From Verrucomicrobia bacterium UBA3750 (GTDB lineage Bacteria > Verrucomicrobiota > Kiritimatiellia > RFP12 > UBA1067), in assembly GCA_002371755.1 (NCBI GenBank), contig DFGM01000105.1, positions 19,349 through 76,752 of the forward strand: a DNA stretch of 57,404 nt, written 5' to 3'. The notes beneath the pieces were generated by a model. The model searched no databases, was not told where the DNA came from, and was given only the letters and a program-made list of their open reading frames with translations. The stretch's first letter is position 1. The number at the start of each line of letters is the position of its first letter. The translations under genes and the position numbers were made by a program. Positions 9,940-19,414 of the stretch are shown here, piece by piece.

Positions 9940-10404
9940 TTATTCGGCTACATTCTTCGCGACATTGCACTTCATCTTGCGCCCGAGAATTTCCTTCTCG
10001 CTCAGCACCGCGATTGCGGCCTTCACTTCATCCTCGTTGGGCATGTGCACAAAGCCGAAACCCTTCGACTTGCCGTTGTAGCGGTTGCAGATGATGCGCG
10101 CGGAGTTCACCTTGCCGAACGCCTCGAACTCCTGGCGGAGCCTATCCTCGGTGAGGTCGTAGCTGAGGTTCCCGACATAGATTTCGATCGAACCGTCGGC
10201 CGGGGCGGGATGGTGCTTCATTGGACGGGGCGAGGACTCCTTGCGGAATCTATCCTTCTTGGCGCAATTGCTTGCGCATTTGCCGCGGCGGCAAAGCCAG
10301 GTGACAATGAATTGCGTAATGGCGCCAAGGGCGAACGAGCCAATCGCCACGAGCCAAAGCGTTGCGCAGGTCTCGTCCTGGCAGCATAATGTATTCGGAT
10401 CCAT
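9940..10404 (-). CDS. RRM-type RNA-binding protein with a possible Cys-rich TM N-terminal extension
   Basis: RNP-2 IYVGNL and RNP-1 KGFGFVHM. The long form starts at ATG 10404 and adds a TM helix LWLVAIGSFALGAITQFIVTWL. An alternative start at ATG 10221 (MKHHPAPADGS) gives a canonical ~92-aa RRM protein. Confidence 0.7.
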   Translation of the reverse strand: MDPNTLCCQDETCATLWLVAIGSFALGAITQFIVTWLCRRGKCASNCAKKDRFRKESSPRPMKHHPAPADGSIEIYVGNLSYDLTEDRLRQEFEAFGKVNSARIICNRYNGKSKGFGFVHMPNEDEVKAAIAVLSEKEILGRKMKCNVAKNVAE

Positions 10405-10430
10405 GTTTCTCTTTTCTCTTTTTGTTAATG

Positions 10431-12473
10431 TTATTGGTTGCGGTAGTCGCCGAGCGATTTCATTCTGCTCGGATGACGGAGTTTGCGCAGCGCCTTTGCT
10501 TCAATCTGGCGAATTCGTTCGCGCGTTACGTTGAAGAGCCTTCCGACTTCTTCCAGCGTGCGCGTGTATCCATCCGAAAGACCGTAGCGGAAATCGATTA
10601 CCTGGCGCTCCCTGTCGGTAAGCGTCTCGAGAATCTCCCGCAACCTGTCTTTCAGAAGGTGTCCCTCGGTTACTTCGAAGGGGTTTTCGCTTGTGGAGTC
10701 GGGGATGAAGTCGCCGTAATGAGCGTCATCGTTGTCGCCGACCTTGGATTGCAGCGAAATGGGCTGCTGTGCCATGCGTTTGACGGCCCTGACCTGATCC
10801 GGAGGCATTTCCATTTCGTCGGAAAGTTCCTTCTCGGTAGGCTCGCGGCCAAGTCTCTGTATGAGCTTTTTCTGCACACGCATGAGCTTGTTGATGGTCT
10901 CGATCATATGCACGGGGATGCGAATGGTCCTGGCTTGATCCGCTATTGCACGGGTGGCGGCCTGGCGAATCCACCAAGTGGCATAGGTCGAGAACTTGTA
11001 TCCGCGCTGGTACTCGAACTTTTCCACGGCCTTCATGAGGCCTGTGTTGCCCTCCTGTATGAGGTCAAGGAACGAGAGCCCGCGGTTCATGTACTTCTTT
11101 ACGATGGAGATGACCAGCCTGAGGTTCGCCTCCACCATCTTGGTGCGGGCCGTCTGCCCGGCCTTGAGCACCTTGCGCATCTCGGAGAAGGTCGACATGA
11201 ACTCCTCCGGAGGCATCCCGAACAATGCTTCCAGCTTGGCCATCTTCACTTTGAGCGCGGCAAGTTCCATGTCGCGTTTCTTCGAGGGTTTGTCCTGCTG
11301 GAGCTTTGCGTTGCGCGCTACCATTGAGCGGTAGGGCAGATATATGCGCTCGTCCGCATCCGCGCAAAGTGTTTCGAGCACCTTCTGTTTGAAGGAAAGG
11401 TCGTCGAAGCACTTGCGGACCGCGGCGCGCGCGTTGGAAAGCTGTTTTTCGGCGCCACGCACTGCGGCAGGCGTGGCTTTTTCGTCCGCGATGGTGGAGA
11501 GATATTTCGTGCTCGCCTCGTAAAGGCGTTTCTCCACGTCCTTTATCTCTTTTCTCAGCCCGGGTATGAGCGCCATGTAGGCATCGCGTTTTTCGTCGAA
11601 CTTGTCGGTGACGATCCTGTCGAACCTCTCGCCCTGGCCTTCAAGCTTGTCGAGAAGCCTCGAATACATAGGAGGCGCGAACAGGAAACGGTTGAAGTAG
11701 TCGCGCGTCTTCTGCTCGGACGTCTCGATCGTCCTGCAAATCGAAATCTCTTCGTCCTTGGTGAGAAGCTGCACCTGCCCCATCTGATGGAGATACATGC
11801 GGATGGGATCCTCGATCATCTCTTGGGCGCGGGCTTTGGCGTCCATCGTCTTTTCGGCCTTGGAGTCAAGCCAGCGCTTGACGTCGTCTTCGCGCAGCAC
11901 CTGCACGCCGAGGGCCTCGAGAATCTTCAGATAGCGTTCCGACTGGATTTCGTCGACGATATTCTGCGGCAGCACCTGGTTGAGTTCTTCGTATGTGATA
12001 TAGCCGCCGTTGGCGTCGCTGCGGCGTTTCACGTCGTTGAGAACTTCATTGAGTTCCTTCTCGCGCAGAATGGAGATGCCTTCCATGGAAGGAAGGACGT
12101 CAAGATCGTCATCCACCTGTTGAGGGGCCATTTCTGCGGGAAGCGGAGGAGGGAGGTCGTCGCCTTCCAGATCTTCGTTTTCTGCGTTTTCGGCCTTATG
12201 GACTTCTGCGACGAGCTTTTCGTCGTCCATCACGCTTGCAAGGTCGCCATCCACATCTGGTGGCGGCATATCGTCATCCTCCGAGTCGGCATCGAATTCG
12301 TCCGCCAATTCGTCCATTGCGGCTTCGAGCTCGCTGTCGGAAATAGGCTCTTCCGGCAATTCTTCCTCGGGCACAACATCAGCGCGAGAGGCCTTTCTGC
12401 CTCTCTTCGACGCCTTTGCAGGCTTTGTCGCAACAGTTTTCTTCTTCTTTTGCGATTCCTTTGGCTTCGCCAT
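10431..12473 (-). CDS. rpoD: primary RNA polymerase sigma factor (sigma-70)
   Basis: 680 aa with a long acidic N-terminus. Region 2 YATWWIRQA. Region 4.2 [37 protein letters not shown] before the ATG. Confidence 0.95.
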   Translation of the reverse strand: MAKPKESQKKKKTVATKPAKASKRGRKASRADVVPEEELPEEPISDSELEAAMDELADEFDADSEDDDMPPPDVDGDLASVMDDEKLVAEVHKAENAENEDLEGDDLPPPLPAEMAPQQVDDDLDVLPSMEGISILREKELNEVLNDVKRRSDANGGYITYEELNQVLPQNIVDEIQSERYLKILEALGVQVLREDDVKRWLDSKAEKTMDAKARAQEMIEDPIRMYLHQMGQVQLLTKDEEISICRTIETSEQKTRDYFNRFLFAPPMYSRLLDKLEGQGERFDRIVTDKFDEKRDAYMALIPGLRKEIKDVEKRLYEASTKYLSTIADEKATPAAVRGAEKQLSNARAAVRKCFDDLSFKQKVLETLCADADERIYLPYRSMVARNAKLQQDKPSKKRDMELAALKVKMAKLEALFGMPPEEFMSTFSEMRKVLKAGQTARTKMVEANLRLVISIVKKYMNRGLSFLDLIQEGNTGLMKAVEKFEYQRGYKFSTYATWWIRQAATRAIADQARTIRIPVHMIETINKLMRVQKKLIQRLGREPTEKELSDEMEMPPDQVRAVKRMAQQPISLQSKVGDNDDAHYGDFIPDSTSENPFEVTEGHLLKDRLREILETLTDRERQVIDFRYGLSDGYTRTLEEVGRLFNVTRERIRQIEAKALRKLRHPSRMKSLGDYRNQ

Positions 12474-12525
12474 AATCCTCCAGTATACAATACGCCCACT
12501 TGCACCTTGTCAAGCGTTGAAGGAT

Positions 12526-12554
12526 AGTATAGCATATTTCGCTGGTGCGTGCAA
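12526..12554 (-). promoter_or_regulatory. sigma70-type promoter for rpoD (TTGCAC-17-TGCTATACT)
   Basis: Minus strand reads TTGCAC (12554-12549), a 17-nt spacer, then GAAATATGCTATACT (-10 at 12531-12526). A 52-nt leader follows. Confidence 0.55.
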
Positions 12555-12598
12555 GTGGGGCAAAAAAGGAGGAGGAATTATAGAAACCGGGGGGGGGG

Positions 12599-12627
12599 TT
12601 GCCACGGGCGCAGAAAAAGTGTATAAT
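12599..12627 (+). promoter_or_regulatory. sigma70-type promoter for the rnfE-like gene (TTGCCA-17-TATAAT)
   Basis: TTGCCA 12599-12604 and TATAAT 12622-12627. The ATG lies only 9 nt downstream of the -10. Confidence 0.5.
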
Positions 12628-12636
12628 ACACGTATC

Positions 12637-13314
12637 ATGAAAAATCTAGCAACGATTTGGAACGGAATATTCAAGAACAACCCCATCTTCAGGTTGGTGC
12701 TCGGGCTTTGCCCCACGCTGGCAGTGACTACCAGTTTGGAGAACGCGCTTGGAATGGGCATGGCGGCCACGTTCGTGCTTGTCTGCTCGAATGCACTTGT
12801 CTCTGCGCTGAGAAAAGTGATACCAGGTGCCGTGCATATTCCTTGCTATATAGTCATCATCGCGACGTTCGTCACGGCAATTGATTTGCTGATGCAGGCG
12901 TTTTTGCCAGATCTCTCGGCGAGTCTCGGCATCTTCATTCCTCTTATCGTCGTAAACTGCATCATTCTCGGCAGGGCGGAGGCGTTTGCGAGCAGGAACG
13001 GGGTGGTCGCTTCGATTTGCGACGGCATCGGTTCGGGAATCGGGTTCACGCTGGCGCTGAGCCTTATCGCCATGGTGCGCGAAGTGGTGGGTGCGGGTTC
13101 CATCACGGTGTGGGGCGACATTGCAATCAAGGGCATCAATCCCGGTCCCGTGACGCTGGCGATTCTGCCGGCGGGCGGATTCATCACGCTCGGGCTTCTT
13201 CTCGCGGCCATCAACCGCATAGGTGAATGGAATGCGCGCAGGCATGGTGCGCCTGCCCCCTTGCCCGTGAATCTCGACTGCAGGCATTGCACGGTCTGCC
13301 CCAACGGGAAGTAG
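12637..13314 (+). CDS. RnfE/NqrD-family membrane subunit (stand-alone)
   Basis: MKNLATIWNGIFKNNPIFRLVLGLCPTLAVTT matches the RnfE/NqrD N-terminus. Polytopic membrane protein. The track's start at 12517 runs through the rpoD promoter region and was rejected. The C-terminal tail contains CRHCTVCP. Confidence 0.75.
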   Translation: MKNLATIWNGIFKNNPIFRLVLGLCPTLAVTTSLENALGMGMAATFVLVCSNALVSALRKVIPGAVHIPCYIVIIATFVTAIDLLMQAFLPDLSASLGIFIPLIVVNCIILGRAEAFASRNGVVASICDGIGSGIGFTLALSLIAMVREVVGAGSITVWGDIAIKGINPGPVTLAILPAGGFITLGLLLAAINRIGEWNARRHGAPAPLPVNLDCRHCTVCPNGK

Positions 13315-13321
13315 CAGGCGC

Positions 13322-13765
13322 ATGAAGTGCCCCAGGTGCTCGGGAGACGATGACAGGGTCTCCGATACTCGCGAGGTCAACGGCGGCCTTGCGATACGGC
13401 GCCGCAGGGTCTGCAACCGGTGCGGGTTCCGGTTCTCGACCTACGAAGAGATAAATCCCGACGGGGTGGTGGTGGTCAAACGAGATGGCACGCGCCAGCC
13501 GTTCGACAGAAAGAAGCTCGAACAGGCGGTGAAGCGCGCGTGCGGGAAGCGTCCAATTCCTTCCGAACGCTTGAGGGAGTTGCTTGACAGGGTGGTAGGC
13601 GAGTTGAAGCAAGGGGAGGTGGCAAGCGACAAGGTCGCAGAGCTCATAATGAAGGAGCTCTACAAGACAGATGTGGTGGCGTACATCCGTTTTGCAAGTG
13701 TGTACAGGAAGTTCACCGACGTCGAGCAGTTCCTCGCCGTCATATCGGAGGTATCGGAGAAATGA
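13322..13765 (+). CDS. nrdR: transcriptional repressor NrdR
   Basis: MKCPRCSGDDDRVSDTR...RRRVCNRCGFRFSTYE zinc ribbon followed by an ATP-cone. Confidence 0.95.
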   Translation: MKCPRCSGDDDRVSDTREVNGGLAIRRRRVCNRCGFRFSTYEEINPDGVVVVKRDGTRQPFDRKKLEQAVKRACGKRPIPSERLRELLDRVVGELKQGEVASDKVAELIMKELYKTDVVAYIRFASVYRKFTDVEQFLAVISEVSEK

Positions 13766-14829
13766 CCGACTTTCATAGATCGCCGATTCGCATCGCGCTC
13801 CTTGGCCTTGGCCGCTCCATGTTCTCTGAACATTATCCGCTTCTCAAGGAACATCCGTCGCTTTTCAAAATCGTGGCGGCCTGCGACCTCGTAAAGGAAC
13901 GCAGAGACTTGATTGCGGCCGATTTCCCGGATTGCCGCATGTACAGGCAATACCAGGACATGCTGGACGAGCCAGATATAGAACTCGTCCTCGTTTCCAC
14001 ATGCACCGTAGACCATGTCGCGCATGCGATGAAGTGCCTGGAGAGGGGTTTCTGGACTCTTGTGGAGCCGCCGCTTGCGCTCAATGTGGAGGATATGAAC
14101 TTTCTGCGCGGTGCTTCGGCCAAGGCAAAGAACAGACTTTTGCCGCTTCAGCGTTCGATTCTGGCACCGGACTTCCTCCTTGCCAAAGAGGCGATTGCGG
14201 ATGCTCGCCTCGGCGAACTCTACGAGGTGCGGGTGCGCAAAGAGGATTTTATCAGGCGCGACGATTGGCAGAGCGTGAAACGTCTGGGTGGTGGTGCGGC
14301 CTACTACGCGCTCACCGACATGATGATTCAGGTGTTGAAGCTTCTCCCCGGGCCTCCCATACAGATGTGGAGCGAACTCAAACGCATCGCCTCGCTGGGA
14401 GACGCCGAGGACTATGTGCACATATGCCTCAAAACCCGCACCCAGGTTTCGGCAGATGTCGAGTTCAACGGCGGGGCCATCGCATCCAATTGCCAGCCGT
14501 CGTTCGTGATACGCGGCGTGCGGGGACAGTTTTCGGTGATGCCGGGCGAATCGAAGGGGGAGCTTTCCATAATCGATCCAGGAATGGTGTTCCCGAGGAG
14601 GCGCTCGAGCGTCCGCACTCCGCCTCTTGAAGATATGCACGAGAAAATCCCCGTGACGCGTATAGCTCTGTCGCTCCCGGCTGGCACGCCGACGGGCTTT
14701 AGCGCATTCTGGAGATGCGTGTACGATACTGTGCGCACGGCGAAGCCGTTCCCTGTCACGGTGGAAGAGGCTATGGAGGCACTCAAGTTCTCGCATCTCG
14801 CGAAAAAGACAAGCCCATTCGGAAAGTGA
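13762..14829 (+). CDS. Gfo/Idh/MocA-family oxidoreductase
   Basis: N-terminal Rossmann motif IRIALLGLGRSMFSEHYP plus a family-like C-terminal domain. ATGA overlap with the nrdR stop. Confidence 0.7.
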   Translation: MTDFHRSPIRIALLGLGRSMFSEHYPLLKEHPSLFKIVAACDLVKERRDLIAADFPDCRMYRQYQDMLDEPDIELVLVSTCTVDHVAHAMKCLERGFWTLVEPPLALNVEDMNFLRGASAKAKNRLLPLQRSILAPDFLLAKEAIADARLGELYEVRVRKEDFIRRDDWQSVKRLGGGAAYYALTDMMIQVLKLLPGPPIQMWSELKRIASLGDAEDYVHICLKTRTQVSADVEFNGGAIASNCQPSFVIRGVRGQFSVMPGESKGELSIIDPGMVFPRRRSSVRTPPLEDMHEKIPVTRIALSLPAGTPTGFSAFWRCVYDTVRTAKPFPVTVEEAMEALKFSHLAKKTSPFGK

Positions 14830-14831
14830 AC

Positions 14832-15224
14832 ATGAAAAAACGCGACTCCCAGCAAATGACACAGAGCCTCGAGGATTATCTCGAGTCCATCTATATCCTT
14901 ATTAAAGAAGGGCACGACGCATGCGTGCGCGACGTGGCCAAACACCTTGACGTCAAGATGCCGAGCGTCGTAAAGGCGCTGCACGAGCTGAAAAAACTCT
15001 CGCTGGTCGAGCAGGAGCCATACGGCCCGATCGCTCTCACCGCGAAGGGGGAGCGCGTGGCGGGGATGGTCCTGAACCGCCATACGCTTCTGAGGAAGTT
15101 CCTCATGAAGCTCGGCGTGAGCCGCAAGACGGCCGACAAGGACGCATGTCTTATGGAGCATATCCTCTCCGCCGAGACGTTGGACAGGATTCGTTCTTTC
15201 ACCGAAGATGGCGCCGTGGAATGA
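14832..15224 (+). CDS. DtxR/MntR-family metal-dependent transcriptional regulator
   Basis: MKKRDSQQMTQSLEDYLESIYIL... is a typical DtxR N-terminus with a winged HTH. The start is set at ATG 14832, 3 nt after the upstream stop. Confidence 0.8.
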   Translation: MKKRDSQQMTQSLEDYLESIYILIKEGHDACVRDVAKHLDVKMPSVVKALHELKKLSLVEQEPYGPIALTAKGERVAGMVLNRHTLLRKFLMKLGVSRKTADKDACLMEHILSAETLDRIRSFTEDGAVE

Positions 15225-15280
15225 ACTTGGCGCCGCACAAGCAGCAAAGTAAAGCAAAATCAAGGAGGAAGGTAAGATAA

Positions 15281-16108
15281 ATGAAGAGTCAGATCAATCT
15301 AATGCGTCAACTTCAGGAGCTCGTGCTTATCCGCGATGAACACCACCAGACCGGAGACGGCAGCCATCTGGACGCGCTGAACGATTCCATCGACGCGCTG
15401 CGCGACAAGCTTGAGCCGCAGGTCGCCGGCATATACGACAGGCTCTACAAGAAGAGCCATATCGTGATTGCGGCCATGGCAAAGGGGTGCTGTTCCGTGT
15501 GCGGCATGCAGGTGCCGATCGCCCAGGCGCAGCAGGTGCGGCTCGCGCAGCATCTTGTGACCTGCTCTAGCTGCGGCAGGATACTTTTCGCGACGGAGGA
15601 GGACGCCCCCAAAAACATTGCCGAACAGCCAGACCGCGACGACGTCCGCACCGGCGTTTCGCGTTTCAGCGCCGAGGAGCTCATGATTCCCGACCTCAAA
15701 GCGACGACTCGCGAGGGAGCCATTGAAGAACTGGCTTTGGCCATGGAGCGCGGAGAGTTCATTTCCAACGCCGAATCACTCGTCCAGAATGCGATGGAGA
15801 GGGAGAGAATCCTTTCCACGGCGATGGATTCCGGTTTTGCTTTCCCGCATGTCCGCGGCGTGGAAGGCGGCGCGCTCACATTCGCCATGGGCGTGAGCCC
15901 CAAGGGGATAGATTGGGATGGCGTGAAGGTGCATGTAGTCTTCCTCAGCGCCATACCGGTAGCCGTTTCGGCTTTCTATTTGAGGCTGCTTGCCGATCTC
16001 ATGGCTGCGTTCCGCAAGAAGGATTCGCTCGCCGCCGTATTGGCGTGCAAGACCTCGCAGGAACTCTGGAAGGCGCTCGTCAAAGCGACGCGTTCGTTCG
16101 TAAAGTGA
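15281..16108 (+). CDS. fusion of a C4 zinc-ribbon (COG1579/zf-RING_7-like) module with a PTS EIIA-Ntr-like domain
   Basis: N-terminal part: CSVCGMQVPIAQAQQVR...CSSCGRILF. C-terminal part: EIIA_2-like with SGFAFPHVRG, the conserved phosphorylatable-His position. Confidence 0.7.
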   Translation: MKSQINLMRQLQELVLIRDEHHQTGDGSHLDALNDSIDALRDKLEPQVAGIYDRLYKKSHIVIAAMAKGCCSVCGMQVPIAQAQQVRLAQHLVTCSSCGRILFATEEDAPKNIAEQPDRDDVRTGVSRFSAEELMIPDLKATTREGAIEELALAMERGEFISNAESLVQNAMERERILSTAMDSGFAFPHVRGVEGGALTFAMGVSPKGIDWDGVKVHVVFLSAIPVAVSAFYLRLLADLMAAFRKKDSLAAVLACKTSQELWKALVKATRSFVK

Positions 16109-16989
16109 AACCGCTCCTGCGCAAAGCTTTCCGAATCGCGGCTTTCGCGTTCGTTTCGGCGGCGGTTGCCGTTGCCGCCGGAGCGGACGGACAGTTTTCG
16201 CACCGTCGCTCGCCCTATGTGGGCGCGATAGCCATAGAGGCTTCGTCGGGAAGGGTGCTTTTCGCGGATAATGCCGACAGGGAGTGCTATCCGGCGTCTT
16301 GCACCAAACTCATGACCGCCCGGCTTCTTCTGAAGGAGGTTTCTTCCGGCAGAATGAGGATGGATTCGAGGATCGAGCAGTCCAGGCGTTCTGCGCTTGA
16401 ACAGCCCTCGCGCATCGGGCTGCTGCCGGGCGAGACCATCAGCGTGGACGACGCCCTGAAGGCTCTGATGCTGAAGAGCGCCAACGATATTGCAGTGGCG
16501 ATTGCCGAGCGTATCGGAGGGAGCGTGGAGAAGTTCGTGGAGATGATGAACGCCGAGGCTCGCGCACTTGGCATGCGCAATACCACGTTCGCCTCCCCAA
16601 ACGGACTTCCGCCACCACCGCGTTCAGGGCGTGGGTTTGACCGTTCCACCGCCTCCGACCTTGCGCGTCTCGGTGCCGCCATCGTAGCCGAGCAGCCGGA
16701 GCTCTTGGAGTATACAAAGCTCGTCTCGGCGCATGTTCCGGGCGCCAAAGGCGTGAGCGTGCCCATCCAGAACCACAACAACTTCCTCTGGAAGAAAAAC
16801 GTGAAAATGCCTGAAGTGGACGGACTCAAGACCGGCTACATCGATGCAGGGGGCTCTTCAATCGTGCTTACGGCCCGCCGCGGCGGCAAACGCGCCATAG
16901 TCGCGGTCGTGGGTTCCGCTTCCGCAAAAGAGCGGGAAGCGGCGGCGGGACGCATGATGGACGATGCGCTCAATGCGATTTCGTGGTAG
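16105..16989 (+). CDS. D-alanyl-D-alanine carboxypeptidase (S11, PBP5/6-like)
   Basis: SxxK (SCTK), SxN (SAND) and KTG (KTGYIDAGG). Signal peptide from GTG 16105. GTGA overlap with the upstream stop. Confidence 0.85.
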   Translation: MKPLLRKAFRIAAFAFVSAAVAVAAGADGQFSHRRSPYVGAIAIEASSGRVLFADNADRECYPASCTKLMTARLLLKEVSSGRMRMDSRIEQSRRSALEQPSRIGLLPGETISVDDALKALMLKSANDIAVAIAERIGGSVEKFVEMMNAEARALGMRNTTFASPNGLPPPPRSGRGFDRSTASDLARLGAAIVAEQPELLEYTKLVSAHVPGAKGVSVPIQNHNNFLWKKNVKMPEVDGLKTGYIDAGGSSIVLTARRGGKRAIVAVVGSASAKEREAAAGRMMDDALNAISW

Positions 16990-17004
16990 AGCAAACTTGC
17001 CCGG

Positions 17005-17033
17005 TTGCCTTTTGGACGCAAAAATAGTATAAT
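17005..17033 (+). promoter_or_regulatory. sigma70-type promoter for pyrH (TTGCCT-17-TATAAT)
   Basis: TTGCCT 17005-17010 and TAGTATAAT with the -10 at 17028-17033. GTG 17041 lies 7 nt downstream. Confidence 0.45.
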
Positions 17034-17040
17034 ATCCACC

Positions 17041-17775
17041 GTGAAAAAAGCCAAAGCAAAAATCAAATACCGCCGCATCCTCCTGAAGCTCTCCGGAGAA
17101 GTGCTGGGCAACAAGTCCACCGGTGAATGCATCGACCCGGAAAACCTCGCTTTCATGGCCGAAAGAGTGAAGAAGATTCATTCGCTCGGCGTTGAAGTGG
17201 GCATCGTCTTGGGGGGTGGCAACATCTTCCGCGGCCTTGCGGGCGCCGGGAAAGGCGTGAACCGCGTGACCGGCGACTCCATGGGGATGCTCGCCACCAT
17301 CATCAACGGCCTTGCCATGATGAACGCGCTCGAATCCATAGGCGTGGAAACACGTGTGATGACGGCGATAGAGATTGCTTCTTTCGCAGAACCTTTCATC
17401 CAGCGCAAGGCGCTGAGGCATCTCGAGAAGGGGCGCGTGGTGATTTTTGCAGGCGGCACGGGCAATCCCTATTTCTCCACCGATTCCGCGGCGGCTTTGC
17501 GTGCAAGCGAAATCGGCGCCGAGGCCCTGCTCAAGGCGACAAAGGTGGACGGCATCTACACTGCCGACCCGAAGAAGGATCCCACGGCAAAGAAATACGG
17601 CTCTCTTCGCTACGAGACCGCACTTGAAAAGCGTCTCAAAGTGATGGATTCCGCCGCTTTCGCCCTCTGCATGGAAAACGAAATCCCGATAGTCGTCTTT
17701 GACTTCTTCGATGGCGATGCGCTTGAAAGGGTGGTGCGCGGCGAGGAAGTCGGCACCATCGTGAGCGACAAATAA
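17041..17775 (+). CDS. pyrH: UMP kinase
   Basis: YRRILLKLSGEVL and GGGNIFRG motifs. Start set at GTG 17041 because the track's TTG 17005 coincides with the predicted -35 box. Confidence 0.9.
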   Translation: MKKAKAKIKYRRILLKLSGEVLGNKSTGECIDPENLAFMAERVKKIHSLGVEVGIVLGGGNIFRGLAGAGKGVNRVTGDSMGMLATIINGLAMMNALESIGVETRVMTAIEIASFAEPFIQRKALRHLEKGRVVIFAGGTGNPYFSTDSAAALRASEIGAEALLKATKVDGIYTADPKKDPTAKKYGSLRYETALEKRLKVMDSAAFALCMENEIPIVVFDFFDGDALERVVRGEEVGTIVSDK

Positions 17776-17825
17776 CCGGAAGACATCCTTTATAACCAGA
17801 AAAGCCCTACTACAAGGAAAGAGAC

Positions 17826-18389
17826 ATGGAAAACGTGAATGACGTGCTTACCGATGCGACCTCGAAGCTCTCCAAGAGTTTCGACGCTCTCAAATCCCAA
17901 TTCTCCGGTCTGCGCACCGGCAAGGCCAGTCCGGCGATGGTCGATGGCATCAAGGTGGAATACTACGGCTGCCCCACGCCTATCAAGAATCTCGGCACCA
18001 TTTCCACGCCCGAACCGCGCCAGATCAAGATTACGCCTTTCGACCCCACCGTGCTCGCGGAAATGAACAAGGCCATTCTCGCCGCCAACCTGGGCGTGAC
18101 GCCCCAGACGGACGGCAAGGTGCTTCGCATCACGGTGCCTGAACTCAACGAACAGCGCCGCAAAGAAATCGTCAAGCTTGCGAAGACCCAGGCCGAGGCG
18201 CAGAAGGTCGCCATGCGCAATATTCGCCGCGATGCCAATGATGCCGTCAAGAAGCTTGAGAAGGACAAGAAGATTTCCGAGGACGACATGAAGCAGGGTC
18301 TCGACAAGATCCAGAAAGCCACCGACGAGTGGATTGCCAAGATCGATTCCGAGCTCAAGAGCAAGGAAGCGGAAGTGATGGCGGTCTGA
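17826..18389 (+). CDS. frr: ribosome recycling factor
   Basis: 187 aa with typical RRF sequence (LRTGKASPAMVDGIKVEYYG...NEQRRKEIVK). Conserved pyrH-frr synteny. Confidence 0.95.
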   Translation: MENVNDVLTDATSKLSKSFDALKSQFSGLRTGKASPAMVDGIKVEYYGCPTPIKNLGTISTPEPRQIKITPFDPTVLAEMNKAILAANLGVTPQTDGKVLRITVPELNEQRRKEIVKLAKTQAEAQKVAMRNIRRDANDAVKKLEKDKKISEDDMKQGLDKIQKATDEWIAKIDSELKSKEAEVMAV

Positions 18390-18447
18390 GTGCCGTCAGC
18401 GGCGAGCGAGGAAAAAGAAGTCAATTTGAAAACCAAGGAGTGGAGCC

Positions 18448-19413
18448 ATGGCAGAAGAAACGAAGAGTCCGATCAGTGCAGTGAAGCCGCCTGTGGCAAG
18501 TCCGCTTGGCGTTGCGAAGCCGCCAGCGACATCAAGCACGCTCAAATTGAAGCCCGTGGTGCGCAAGCCTGGAGCGGCAGGCGGTGGCGCCACTGCGCTG
18601 GGCGCCGGCATAAAGCTGCCTGTGCGGCCTGTCGTGCGTGCGGCGGAAGAAGTCGAGACCCAGGCAACCGCATTCGTCGCGACGCCGGCTCCTGCCGCAG
18701 CCGCGCCCAAGGCGGAGGCGGCGACTTCGCTCGCCCAGCTCAAGAGCGTCACCCAGCGCCTTAAGGATGTCACGCAGGAAATTCCCCAGCAGGCGATACT
18801 GCGCAAGACCGGAATTATCGGCGATCAGGCGATGACGGACGCGCAAAAGCAGGCTTCCAAGGCTCGCACTTCGCGTATTTCGCTGTCGGATGCGTTCGGT
18901 GTCGCGCCCGTGAAAGAAGATGCGCCGATGAAGACGATCCGCATCAAGCGTCCTGTGGATATAGCCGCTCCTGCGGCGGCGAAGCCGGCTCAGGCGCCTG
19001 TCGCCGCAATGCCCGCTCCTGCTGCACCGGAGCCGGAATCCGCGCCTGCGGCCCCTGTCGAGACCTCGGTTACGCAGCGCAAGACGCTCAAGGTTTCGCG
19101 TCCCGGCACAGGTCGCCCCACTTCGAAGTTCGGCATTAAGAAGCCCGGCGTCGCGCCGGTTCACAAACCTGCCGAACCTGCGCAGGCGGATGTGGCTGAT
19201 ATCCCGGACATACCGGATATGGATGACGCGCCCACGATGGCGACTGTCGTTGGCATGCCTCCTGCGGAACTGCTCAAGGCTGCGGCGAATCAGGTGCCCG
19301 ACGTCCCGAAGGGGCTCGCCGCGGTTTCATTGATTGTCCAGATTGCCGCCTGCCTCGTAATGGGTGCGCTCGGCTGGATGCTCTTCCAGAATACAACGGC
19401 CACACCGTTCTGA
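18448..19413 (+). CDS. Pro/Ala-rich protein with a C-terminal TM anchor (unknown function)
   Basis: Low-complexity sequence. Four basic motifs: LKLKPVVRKPG, IRIKRPVD, LKVSRPGTGRP and FGIKKPGVAP. C-terminal TM LAAVSLIVQIAACLVMGALGWMLF. SD AAGGAG present. Confidence 0.5.
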   Translation: MAEETKSPISAVKPPVASPLGVAKPPATSSTLKLKPVVRKPGAAGGGATALGAGIKLPVRPVVRAAEEVETQATAFVATPAPAAAAPKAEAATSLAQLKSVTQRLKDVTQEIPQQAILRKTGIIGDQAMTDAQKQASKARTSRISLSDAFGVAPVKEDAPMKTIRIKRPVDIAAPAAAKPAQAPVAAMPAPAAPEPESAPAAPVETSVTQRKTLKVSRPGTGRPTSKFGIKKPGVAPVHKPAEPAQADVADIPDIPDMDDAPTMATVVGMPPAELLKAAANQVPDVPKGLAAVSLIVQIAACLVMGALGWMLFQNTTATPF

Positions 19414-19414
19414 C

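Noticed and set aside
12474-12636. Replication origin at the strand switch (almost all genes are minus-strand to the left and plus-strand to the right).
   Set aside because: The gap is only about 160 bp. It is fully accounted for by the divergent rpoD and rnfE-like promoters. I found no DnaA boxes (TTATCCACA or its complement), no AT-rich unwinding element, and no dnaA or dnaN nearby. A GC-skew computation over the whole contig would be needed before reconsidering.
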